IMG/VR virus record: IMGVR_UViG_3300002835_000006
Origin: a virus
Lineage: Duplodnaviria > Caudoviricetes
Direction: 5' to 3' (one strand)
DNA: 64,000 nucleotides
Position numbers and translations under genes: made by a program. The stretch's first letter is position 1. Each line of letters starts with the position of its first letter. The notes beneath the pieces are model-generated. The model made no database searches and was not told the DNA's origin. It worked only from the letters and a program-made list of their open reading frames with translations. Below are positions 37,373 to 47,200 of the stretch, one piece after another.

Positions 37373-38580
37373 ACAAGTGATTTATAAAATTCTGCTCTTT
37401 GTTTTGTAACGACTCTCAAATCGTATTTATCTTTTACTGATTCATAAAGTCTTTCTCCCAAATCTTTAACCCAATTGGGATTTTTTTGAAGTTTTTCAAT
37501 ATACTTAGCCCAATCTGAGTGATTTCTGTTTTCATCCACAAGGAGTGCATTACCATCAACAAAATTACCATTTTGAAGTGAATGTACCAAATCAATTGTA
37601 TATGGTCCTAAATTAGAGGCGATTATAGCTTTTTTATAAAATCCGGCTTCAATTACTTTCAATTGGGATTTCATTCTGTTGAACATTGTATTTTTGATTG
37701 GTGCCAAAGATACGTCAAATTTTGAATAGTTTTTTGCGTAGGATTGAACAGGTTTGGTCCAAACACGAACATAGGATTCACTCAATTCATCAACATATTC
37801 AACTTGTGAAAAGTCCAATAAATATTTTTTATATGATTCTGAAACTATTGAATAATCTTGAGTGAAAATTTTTTCATAATTGGCCCACACTGTCTCGTGA
37901 GGTAGTATGTTTCTTTTTTTATGTTCACCATTTTGAGGATTGATTTCGGTAATAGTTCCCCTAGTATCAAATCCACAAAGCACAAATTGTAAATTTTTAG
38001 ATAAAGAAGTTAGCTTACTGAATGAACCATCTAATAATTGGATGTCATGTAAATGTGAGGAGCCTCCCAACCAACCTATTCGTAATCTATCAGACTCGGT
38101 GTTTTTTTCTTTGAATTGTGACTCATCGGGATTTATTGCGTTAGGAAAAACAACCACGTTTTTATTTGTCTTTTTAATTTCATCTGCAAACAACGAAGTA
38201 GTGGTTGTAACGTACTTAGCTTCTTTCAAATTAGCAACAATCTTCTCATTTATTTTATTGAATCTAATGATATCGTGGATTGGATGTTCTTTACCGGGCA
38301 TCCAATAATCATCGATGTCATCAATTGTGATAACATCTGTAGACTGTAGTTTTTTTAACATGTCATTTGATTTCTCGAAGTCAGGGTTCAAACTTCTATG
38401 AAATGCTACGATTTGGTATTTTTTGAAAAATTCTATGTCCTCTATGGGTACATCGTAAATTATATCCACATGAAAATCATCAGGATAAAGATTTTGTAAA
38501 AAAATATGAGGGTCTACAGACCTAAATTTACCAACCCCTGTGCGGTCAGAAGGAATAACAAGTACATTGATTTTTGACAT
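37369..38580 (-). CDS. Glycosyltransferase, GT-B fold
   Basis: IGWLGGSSHLHD, DVSLAPI..FNRMKSQLKVIEAG. Confidence 0.8.
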   Translation of the reverse strand: MSKINVLVIPSDRTGVGKFRSVDPHIFLQNLYPDDFHVDIIYDVPIEDIEFFKKYQIVAFHRSLNPDFEKSNDMLKKLQSTDVITIDDIDDYWMPGKEHPIHDIIRFNKINEKIVANLKEAKYVTTTTSLFADEIKKTNKNVVVFPNAINPDESQFKEKNTESDRLRIGWLGGSSHLHDIQLLDGSFSKLTSLSKNLQFVLCGFDTRGTITEINPQNGEHKKRNILPHETVWANYEKIFTQDYSIVSESYKKYLLDFSQVEYVDELSESYVRVWTKPVQSYAKNYSKFDVSLAPIKNTMFNRMKSQLKVIEAGFYKKAIIASNLGPYTIDLVHSLQNGNFVDGNALLVDENRNHSDWAKYIEKLQKNPNWVKDLGERLYESVKDKYDLRVVTKQRAEFYKSLV

Positions 38581-38634
38581 AAAGTTTTAGTATATTGGAG
38601 AAATATAACACTTTAAGTCAAATAAGAAAAGTTG

Positions 38635-39234
38635 TTAAACTATTTTTTTAACTTTTGTAACTTTACCTTCAAAAACATGTTTACCAACTCTGAAACTGAA
38701 TTGTTCGTTGGTTTTTTCTGTGGATTCAATCAACAAATTATTTTTTCTAAGAGCCTTGTTGACCGCTTCTTCAATCATTTCTTGAATCAAGTCGTAGTCG
38801 ATTGATGATGTTTGAGGTGGAGATACCTTTTCTTTGGCACTTTCAGGAATGTAATTGCTATCTTGTTTTTTCATCAACCGTGATGCTTTTTCAATCAACT
38901 CGTTAGAAATGCTCATTTGAGGTTGTTGTGGTTGTGCAATAGGATGTTCAATCATCAATCTTTTAATCTCGTCTGGTAACTTTGAATTTTTTATTGCATC
39001 AATTGTAGGAACTCCTACAGGTTTTGTATTTTCTCTTGGTACTGAACTGAGAAGTGGTGCGGAGGAAGGCTGTTCCTGCAAGAATTCTGCTGGGATGTTG
39101 TATTTTGCGGGAGGTGCATCAAAATTTTCTAACATTTCTGAGGGTGGCAAACCAGAATTTTTATTTCTTGACACATTATTAGTTGCATCCATTATCGCTT
39201 TAGATTTCATCAGTTTTTGCATCAAATCGTCCAT
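38635..39234 (-). CDS. Hypothetical protein (about 200 aa)
   Basis: ORF track 38635..39240; ATG at 39234 preferred. Confidence 0.75.
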   Translation of the reverse strand: MDDLMQKLMKSKAIMDATNNVSRNKNSGLPPSEMLENFDAPPAKYNIPAEFLQEQPSSAPLLSSVPRENTKPVGVPTIDAIKNSKLPDEIKRLMIEHPIAQPQQPQMSISNELIEKASRLMKKQDSNYIPESAKEKVSPPQTSSIDYDLIQEMIEEAVNKALRKNNLLIESTEKTNEQFSFRVGKHVFEGKVTKVKKIV

Positions 39235-39236
39235 AA

Positions 39237-39620
39237 TCAAAATTTACTTATACATTTTATTTCTGAAGCCCTTTTATCACCATTGGGATTAAATCCGGCT
39301 TTCATTTCTGAAAAATTTTCACCTGTTGGGTTCCAAGATAAAATTTTATCAGTTCTAAATAATCTCCATCCCGGTAATACCCCATCACCTACCGCAACTT
39401 TATGTGAAGCACCTTCTCTTTCCCAGCCAGTTAGAACGGTATTACCACTATCTTTATGTATGAACAAACACACTGGTTCGATAGTTCTCAATCCTCTTCC
39501 CTTAGGTTCATCTCCATCATAGAAAATAGAAATAACCTTTTTATCGTCAATAGCATTACAGATTTCCTCCCTTGAAGCTATTTCGACAACCAAAGATTTA
39601 AAAACCTCTGTCAGTTTCAT
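39237..39620 (-). CDS. Stand-alone WYL-domain protein
   Basis: ISIFY..RTIEPVCL..LTGW...WRLFRTDKI pattern. Confidence 0.7.
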   Translation of the reverse strand: MKLTEVFKSLVVEIASREEICNAIDDKKVISIFYDGDEPKGRGLRTIEPVCLFIHKDSGNTVLTGWEREGASHKVAVGDGVLPGWRLFRTDKILSWNPTGENFSEMKAGFNPNGDKRASEIKCISKF

Positions 39621-39916
39621 ATCTGAAAGTTAGGATATTGGTTTGATGAATTATATCTGTTAGTCCTTATACCGTTTCTGCGTTCAACTACATCATCTAT
39701 AGTTCCGGCAGCAGGATTATAAACGTCCAAAAATATACCAGTTCCTCTACCCAATCTATCACCATCGGCTAAGGCGTCTTGGTTAGTTGCGGAGTATGGA
39801 TTACCAACTGCGTTGTAATCGTTTTTAGGTATAAGTTTTGCTCTCTCTAACTCAGCAATTGCTGTTAGTTGATTAGGAACGTCTTGAGATAAATCAATAG
39901 GAAGGTCGTTTGCCAT
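39617..39916 (-). CDS. Hypothetical protein (99 aa)
   Basis: Coupled ORF. Confidence 0.75.
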   Translation of the reverse strand: MANDLPIDLSQDVPNQLTAIAELERAKLIPKNDYNAVGNPYSATNQDALADGDRLGRGTGIFLDVYNPAAGTIDDVVERRNGIRTNRYNSSNQYPNFQI

Positions 39917-39920
39917 AAAA

Positions 39921-40388
39921 TTAAATTTTTGAAATTAAATCGTTTATTTTTTTTAAACTTTCAGTCACAGCCACATCATATTTTTCTCTTGTGGATAAAT
40001 GTTTCTGAGATGGTCTAACATTTGTGAAATCCTTTTTCTCGTGTGGTTTTATAAATTGATTTTGCATTCCCGTCTCCATTTTGTTTTTCTTCACGGCTTC
40101 GGGGTTTCTTCTCATAAAATCTAACTCATAATTTACCCAATTTTTCATAGGGAAACCACCATTCAACACAAATGAAGGCTCTTTTTGTGAACCTTTGAAA
40201 TTGTCAAAAAAGTTTTTAATTCTTTTAAGTTGTTTGTAGGTAATATAATTTTTGTTCTGAAGTTCTTTATTTCTTTTATATCCCTCATCATTTTCGTTGA
40301 AATCCTTTACCTTGTAGAAACAAATTTTCAAATGCTTCCTCAAATGTTCTGGAAATTCAATTTCTTTATCGTATAAATTCTTATTCAC
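39921..40388 (-). CDS. Hypothetical protein (155 aa)
   Basis: GTG start overlapping upstream stop. Confidence 0.7.
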   Translation of the reverse strand: MNKNLYDKEIEFPEHLRKHLKICFYKVKDFNENDEGYKRNKELQNKNYITYKQLKRIKNFFDNFKGSQKEPSFVLNGGFPMKNWVNYELDFMRRNPEAVKKNKMETGMQNQFIKPHEKKDFTNVRPSQKHLSTREKYDVAVTESLKKINDLISKI

Positions 40389-41184
40389 TTTTCAAAAGTT
40401 TTATCAAAGAAGAAAGTGATATTCCCTCTTTTTCGGCTTGTTTTTTAAGGGATTTTAAATTTTTCTTTAAAATTTTAGACGCCTCTATTTCTTTTTTATT
40501 CAAATCTGAATTATGAGAATCTTTTGATTTCATTAAAATATCTTCAAGCATTTTGAAAACTTTTTGTTTTCTCAGTTCTTCAATTCTTTGTTTTTCCACC
40601 AACCTGATTCTCATTTTACTACCAGGTTTTTTTCCTTTATTTATTTTTACGGTTTTACCAAACTCGTTTGCTCTTTCTTTTGCATTATCAACTCCCATGT
40701 CCTTCAGAATTTTGATTGTATCTTCAGGAGTTTTACCAGATGTTTCTTCATATCCAAAGGCCTTAGATAAATCAACTTCTTCAACCTCCTCAACAGATTC
40801 ACCATAGTATGTTCTGTATCCACGTGCAATTGGGTCATTTGTAATTCTTGCGGCTGCGACGGTTTGGTCCATTGTTTTTTTAGGGTGTAATGCTGGGTCT
40901 AAAATTGGAATTTTTGAAAGAGACATCACACCATCCGAATCCACTAACTCTTCGATTTCTTTTTTTACGTCAGATGTTTTCTTAGGTGTTTTTTTCTTAG
41001 TTATTTTATTGATATATCTTTTAACCACCTCGACCTTGTCTTTAGGTACCTTTACCATTACATCATTATTTTTTGCCTCAGAAATAGTATTTTCTACAGC
41101 CATGTATAATGAATAATCTTTTCCCTTGTTTTTCAAGAAGAAATAGTACGGGGATGAATAATATTCCAAACCTTCTGTAATCAT
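40381..41184 (-). CDS. Hypothetical basic protein (267 aa)
   Basis: Late motif at 41201-41208. Confidence 0.75.
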   Translation of the reverse strand: MITEGLEYYSSPYYFFLKNKGKDYSLYMAVENTISEAKNNDVMVKVPKDKVEVVKRYINKITKKKTPKKTSDVKKEIEELVDSDGVMSLSKIPILDPALHPKKTMDQTVAAARITNDPIARGYRTYYGESVEEVEEVDLSKAFGYEETSGKTPEDTIKILKDMGVDNAKERANEFGKTVKINKGKKPGSKMRIRLVEKQRIEELRKQKVFKMLEDILMKSKDSHNSDLNKKEIEASKILKKNLKSLKKQAEKEGISLSSLIKLLKSE

Positions 41185-41200
41185 CTTTTGAGTTTTATTC

Positions 41201-41228
41201 TATAAATACTCGTTGGTAATGTATTTAT
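41201..41228. promoter_or_regulatory. Back-to-back divergent late promoter motifs
   Basis: TATAAATA (41201-41208, minus-strand motif) and TATTTAT (41222-41228) between divergent ATGs at 41184 and 41238. Confidence 0.6.
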
Positions 41229-41237
41229 CATTAGTTT

Positions 41238-43451
41238 ATGTCTTATCAGAATATTAATCAATACAATTTTAGAAAATGGAGACTTATCCCCTTCAATGAG
41301 ATTACAGACTTATGTCTTGCCAGCGATGAGAGGGATTATGACCAAGAGGTAGTTTTTTCCCCATTACTGATAGGAGAAGATGATGGAAATATAATGCCCT
41401 TTAGATTTGATTTCAATTCGTCAGCGACAACAATATGTCAGAATAATGATTGTAATTTTAGTAGTGATACAATTGTTTCAGAAAATTATTGGAACCCATT
41501 AGATATTGACCCAAATTTATGTCCTTCAGCATCCACACTTTGTGATGTTGGTCTTACAGGTATAGACAATGGTTTGGTAAAAAAAATGTCAGGAGAAACA
41601 ATCGAAATTACAACTGGTTTGTATACGAATATTTCTGATAGGTTCAGTAGATACAAGTACGATAGAAGGATGAAATTACATCCAATTACAGGATTTACAA
41701 CAACTCAAAATAGATTGTGGAATGATGATTCATATACCTATCAAATGCAATATACATATGAAAATCCTTCTGTAGGATATGTTGCGGAGTTGTTCGGGGG
41801 ATTTTTTCAAGGGTTTTACAAAATACCAGGATACGATTATCAGGTATTCCCCGAAAGAGTTGGTTTAGGATGGACTGCTGAATTTATGTTAAAACACAGA
41901 TGGTGGGGGGATACTTACGTGGGATTAAATAAAAGATACCCTGAAAACAAGGGTACATTCTTTTATATGGGCGCAAGAGCTGAAAATAAATTTTATCACT
42001 ACGCTGATGGTTCTCCAAAACAAGACACGGGTTACACGAGGGTAACTTCGGGATTGACTTGCATGCATACTTGCGAGTGTCTAAACACAGGTATAACCGC
42101 AGAACATTCCTGTATTCCTGTGTATCAACCATCAGGTGTAACATCTTACACCTGTTTGTGTGGTTGTGGTCAGCCAGTCGCCGAAGCATCTATTCCGGAA
42201 TTAGACCCGTTATACGATGGTATTTCAAACGCTCTTTCAGTCAGACTGTCGGGAGATAGTGGAAATCCAAGAATATGTGTAAAAACTTATACAATCACAG
42301 GAGCTTGTGAATTTACCGGTGTGTGTAGTTCAGGACAAACATATGTAACAGGAACATCTGTGAATGAATGGTGTTCAACAAGAGGTATATTCCACGACTG
42401 CGATAATACAAATTATATACTTCAAGAAAATTGGGTTCAAGTTGACGTCGTTTTCAGAAGAAGAGAATATTTTGAAGGGTGCGATTTGCTTGATTTAGGA
42501 GGTTTAGGATTGTTAGTTTCCGAGCAATATACTGCAACAACCGCCAATAATAGTCTGAGTTTGATAGAACCACCACTCACACATAGAGAAGTTTATGACC
42601 CTGCGACTACAGAGATTGTAAAGTTCAAGGATTCGTGGATGGAGGAAAAAAATTTCAGAATAGGTGATTTAGAAATTTATATAAACGGAAGATTGTTTAT
42701 GGTTATTTTGGATTTCGAGGAAATAATTCCAAGACTTTTGAACACACCAAAAGAAAAACAAATTGGTGTGGGTTATAATATTTCTGTTGGCGGGGGTACA
42801 CAGGGATTACATGATAATCTTACTTTTTCGGGTGGATGTCCACAAACAATAGATGATATTGTTTATCAACAAGACCCTGAATGTCTAACCACAAATGATT
42901 TAGATAATACAATTTATTCAGGACTTACCACCGATATTAAATTAGAAGAATTATTTGCCGGAAGTTTTATAGGTAATATAAGTGCATTTAGAATGTATAC
43001 TGAGCCTTTGGATGCCGCTCAAGTTGCACATAATTTTAGAGTTTTAAAAAACAGATATAACTTACTGGACCCTAATTGTCCAAATTGTGTGGTACCACCA
43101 CCATCTCCAACACCAACACCTCCTGTAACTCCAACTAATACACCAACACCTCCTGTAACTCCAACTAATACACCAACACCATCAATCACCCCTCAAGTAA
43201 TATATGGTGCTTGGTTGTGGACAAATAATGTTTGGAATAACGCTTGTAGTATGGCAGGATACGGACCAACAAACGTTTTGGTTTATTCATTTGAGCCGTT
43301 CTCTAATTTAGAACCTGGTGATTTTGTTTATGGAAATACACTTTGTAGTATCCCACCGATAAATACGAAAACTATAATAACTGATGGTAATAGATTTATA
43401 CAAATAGACCCAAGTACTGGTTTAATTGTCAACAAAGGAATATGTCCATAG
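41238..43451 (+). CDS. Probable virion protein with LamG/ConA-like domain and Thr-Pro linker
   Basis: WTAEF, IYINGRL, GNISAFRMYTEPLDAAQVAHNF (LamG-like end), Cys-rich segments, TPTPPVTPTN repeats. Confidence 0.6.
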   Translation: MSYQNINQYNFRKWRLIPFNEITDLCLASDERDYDQEVVFSPLLIGEDDGNIMPFRFDFNSSATTICQNNDCNFSSDTIVSENYWNPLDIDPNLCPSASTLCDVGLTGIDNGLVKKMSGETIEITTGLYTNISDRFSRYKYDRRMKLHPITGFTTTQNRLWNDDSYTYQMQYTYENPSVGYVAELFGGFFQGFYKIPGYDYQVFPERVGLGWTAEFMLKHRWWGDTYVGLNKRYPENKGTFFYMGARAENKFYHYADGSPKQDTGYTRVTSGLTCMHTCECLNTGITAEHSCIPVYQPSGVTSYTCLCGCGQPVAEASIPELDPLYDGISNALSVRLSGDSGNPRICVKTYTITGACEFTGVCSSGQTYVTGTSVNEWCSTRGIFHDCDNTNYILQENWVQVDVVFRRREYFEGCDLLDLGGLGLLVSEQYTATTANNSLSLIEPPLTHREVYDPATTEIVKFKDSWMEEKNFRIGDLEIYINGRLFMVILDFEEIIPRLLNTPKEKQIGVGYNISVGGGTQGLHDNLTFSGGCPQTIDDIVYQQDPECLTTNDLDNTIYSGLTTDIKLEELFAGSFIGNISAFRMYTEPLDAAQVAHNFRVLKNRYNLLDPNCPNCVVPPPSPTPTPPVTPTNTPTPPVTPTNTPTPSITPQVIYGAWLWTNNVWNNACSMAGYGPTNVLVYSFEPFSNLEPGDFVYGNTLCSIPPINTKTIITDGNRFIQIDPSTGLIVNKGICP
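43110..43180 (+). repeat. 30-nt in-frame tandem repeat x2.4 (TPTPPVTPTN)
   Basis: acaccaacacctcctgtaactccaactaat repeated exactly. Confidence 0.85.
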
Positions 43452-43476
43452 TTTCAAATTTATCAAACAAATAAAG

Positions 43477-43488
43477 TATTTATAAATA
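43477..43488. promoter_or_regulatory. Late promoter motif, palindromic TATTTATAAATA
   Basis: 7 nt before ATG at 43496. Confidence 0.55.
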
Positions 43489-43495
43489 AAAAAAA

Positions 43496-44224
43496 ATGGG
43501 TTGTAGTAAACTTACTTTGACTAACACTGGTACAACAGTTGTTACCTTCAATTATCAAGAATGCGATAGTTCTGAATGGGAGTATCAGGTTGAGCTCAAC
43601 CCTAATGAAACAAAAAATATTTGGTTTATAACCGATACTTTTTCTTGTGCTTTTAGTTCTCAAATTATTATCGCCCAAACTGCATTTCCACCTACACCAA
43701 CACCAAGTAAAACTCCGAGTGTGACACCAACACCAACAGTTACTCCTACACCATCAACAACTCCATATTATAAAATTGATGGAATTGGTGTTTATTATTA
43801 TGCTGCAGATGACTCGAGTACAATTTCAGGTATCACAGGTAACATCTTTGCTAATGGTGTGATGATGACAAAAGAGGGACATATTGAATCGAATAAACAA
43901 GTTGCTTTCACAGGTGGTACAATCTCATACTTGGGCACAGGGTCCACATTTACTTTGATATTATCGGCTTCACCTGTTGGTGATTATTACTTAGCAAGTG
44001 ACGGTGTTAGTGGACTATATAATAAACAAATATTATCTGCATTTACTTATACTCAAACTATTACAAATACTGATTTCTTCACAGGTGTCACGAGATTTTA
44101 CTCAGGTGATACTTTATTACCTTATTCTGAAAACGGAGAAATTTCAATAAATAGAGTAAATCATCTAATTTATATCACAGGAGATTATGATACTGGATAT
44201 TTCAACATTTTGCCAAATCCTTAA
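43496..44224 (+). CDS. Probable virion protein with Thr-Pro linker (242 aa)
   Basis: N-terminal domain shared with next gene, PTPTPSKTPSVTPTPT linker. Confidence 0.7.
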   Translation: MGCSKLTLTNTGTTVVTFNYQECDSSEWEYQVELNPNETKNIWFITDTFSCAFSSQIIIAQTAFPPTPTPSKTPSVTPTPTVTPTPSTTPYYKIDGIGVYYYAADDSSTISGITGNIFANGVMMTKEGHIESNKQVAFTGGTISYLGTGSTFTLILSASPVGDYYLASDGVSGLYNKQILSAFTYTQTITNTDFFTGVTRFYSGDTLLPYSENGEISINRVNHLIYITGDYDTGYFNILPNP

Positions 44225-44235
44225 AAAATAAGAAA

Positions 44236-47200
44236 ATGAATTGTATAAAATATAATCTCAAAAATACGGGCGATACCGTAGTAACTTTTAACTATCAAAG
44301 ATGTGATAACGCGGAATTAGAACTTCAGGTTAAACTCGCACCTAATCAAAATAAAATTATTTGGGCAATAAAAGATACTTTGAACATCCCAAATTTTTTC
44401 AGTAATACTACTTCAGTAGAAGAAATATTAGAAACAATTTCCGAGTGTTCGACCTTGGTAAATATTTTTGGACAAGGAACTTTTTATTATAATCCATCAA
44501 CGGATGTTAGGTCTCCTCAAATGGTTATACCAAATGATATCGTACAATCATTGGATGTTGCTCACTCTGAGGAAAAATTGTGGAAACTATACAATCCTCT
44601 CCCTTTCACTTATGTGATAAGAGAATGGGGTCTCACTGGAAATCCTCCATATTTGGTATCATCAACTTATAGAGATTTAACTTTCCCTTCAAATGTTGTG
44701 ATAACTGCTCCTGCAAGCCCTGGACTTTGCCAAGCACCTAATGGTAATTTAGTTTTTATCGATTTTGAACAAAATGTTTGGGAGCTGACCGTTCCTGTAG
44801 CACCTGCAACAGTAATGACTGCAACTTTAAAATATCAGCTACCTTCAGGTTATTTTGTCGGTGGAGACTTTTTAGTAACTGTAAATAACAAATTGTTGGT
44901 TGCCTCAGATACAGAAGTCGGAGGGGTTCCATATATTGCGTTATATCAATTTGATTATAATACAGGTTCTTTTGAGTTCGAAAGTAAAACAGTTGCCATA
45001 AATAATTATTCTGCAACAGGAGGTATAGCAATATTCAACAACGAAATATACATCTATGGTGTTTATGTGTACAAAATGGATAAGACTGCACCATACGGTG
45101 GTGTCAGAACGTCATTACAAGGAGCGGGTGGCGCTTCTTCAACAATTAAATGTAATACTGCGTTTTTAATTGGTTCAGAAACTCCAACACCTACTCCTAC
45201 ATCCACAACAACACCAACTGTCACACCTACAACATTTACAGGAACAACACCAACAGCAACTGAAACAATCGGTCTGACACCGACTCCTACACCAACATCG
45301 CAAGTTTGTTATTCAAATGTGACTTTTGATATTGATTGTAATAATGCTGTGATAGAATACATTGATTGTTGTGGAGATTGCAACTATGCCGGTCCTTATT
45401 CAATAGGAACAGGATATACTTTGAGTGGTATTTGTATTCAAAATGACTCGATTACAGGTCAGCACGTTTTGAACATTCAATATAGTGGTGCTTGTAATTG
45501 TGAGGTCACCCCAACACCAACTCCAACTAATACTTCTACTCCTGAGGGTACTCCGACACCAACACCAACGGAAACTTCAATATTAGAGACACCAACCTGT
45601 ACACCTACTGTGACTCAAACACCAACTCCAACAAATACAGAAACTCCTACTCCAACTGCTACTTCAGTAATTGAGACACCAACACCTACACCTACCGAAA
45701 CCGCTACTTCAGTAATTGAGACACCAACACCTACACCTACCGAAACTGCTACTTCAGTAATTGAGACACCAACACCTACACCTACCGAAACTGCTACTTC
45801 AGTAATTGAGACACCAACACCTACACCAACAAATACAGAAACTCCTACTCCAACTGCTACTTCAGTAATTGAGACACCAACACCTACACCTACTTGTCCG
45901 TATGGAGATTGTTATCACTATGTTGAGATTACTGTTTCAGGCTTTACAGTTATAGAATGGGGACTATGTCCTGGCTCGACCTCTGCTATTATTTATTCTG
46001 CCGATACTTATCCGGCGACTTTCATAGAAGGTCCAACAATCGAATCGGATTGTTTTTCAGGTAATTCGTATACAATTTTGACGGGTTCAACACCTGTTTC
46101 TTTAAATTATTTTAACCCTTGTTGTGATGAATTGGTAACTCCTACACCTACACCAACGAACACAGAAACTCCCACACCAACCGCTACGGAGGGTATAACT
46201 CCAACACCTACACCAACTGAAGAGATAACACCAACTCCAACACCAACTTGTCCGTATGGAGATTGTTATCACTACGTTGAATTTACTATATCAGGTTACT
46301 CTGAAATTGATTGGGTATATTGTCCTGGCACTAGCTCAGGTCAGGTATATTCCGCAGAAACGTATCCTGCAACATTTTTGTTAGGACCAGGTCTTGAGGT
46401 AGATTGTTTCTCAGGTAATTCATATACGGTTGTTTCGGGTTCAACTCCTTATTCATTAAATTATTTCAATCCTTGTTGTGAAGAGTTAGTAACTCCTACA
46501 CCTACCCCATCGCAAACCTCAACTCCTCAAGTGAGTCCAACTTGTACACCAACAGAATCTGAGACACCAACTCCTACACCAGATGTCACTCCAACTTGTA
46601 CACCAACAGAATCTGAGACACCAACTCCTACACCAGATGTCACTCCAACTTGCACACCAACAGAATCTGAGACACCAACTCCTACACCAGATGTCACTCC
46701 AACTTGCACACCAACAGAATCTGAGACACCAACTCCTACACCTTCTTGTACACCAACTTTAACACCAACTTCAACACAGACTTGTTGTCAAATTACAATT
46801 TTGACCAATTCTTCAGTTGATGTGAACATAACTGATTTGACAGTAAATGGTAGTTCAGCAACTTACGTTTCTGGTCAAGCATTACCAAATACTCCTGGTA
46901 ATGGAACGATTTTGTGTTCGACAATCGTGGGCGTTGTTGATATAAGAATCTCGGTGTTAAATTCAGTTGCGGCTCAGAAGATTACTTTAACAGACAGTTT
47001 AGGTAATGTTCAGTGTTATGATATAACTGGAACTGGACCATCTAATTATGATTTCTTAGGTGTGACTTTGAATTGTACAACACCAATCACAGTATTGGCT
47101 GAGGATGGTTCATGTATCGCACCTCCAGAAACCCCGACACCAACACCAACAGCAGAAGTAACACCTACACCAACACCGACCGAAGAGGTGACTCCAACAC

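Noticed and set aside
38581-38634. Possible promoter for the glycan operon (TTTGAC..TATATTTC)
   Set aside because: Spacing fits neither the Bacteroidota nor the sigma70 consensus well enough to call
45655-46742. Regular 45/54-nt repeats as a possible CRISPR array
   Set aside because: Contiguous in-frame units without unique spacers, inside a CDS; no cas genes
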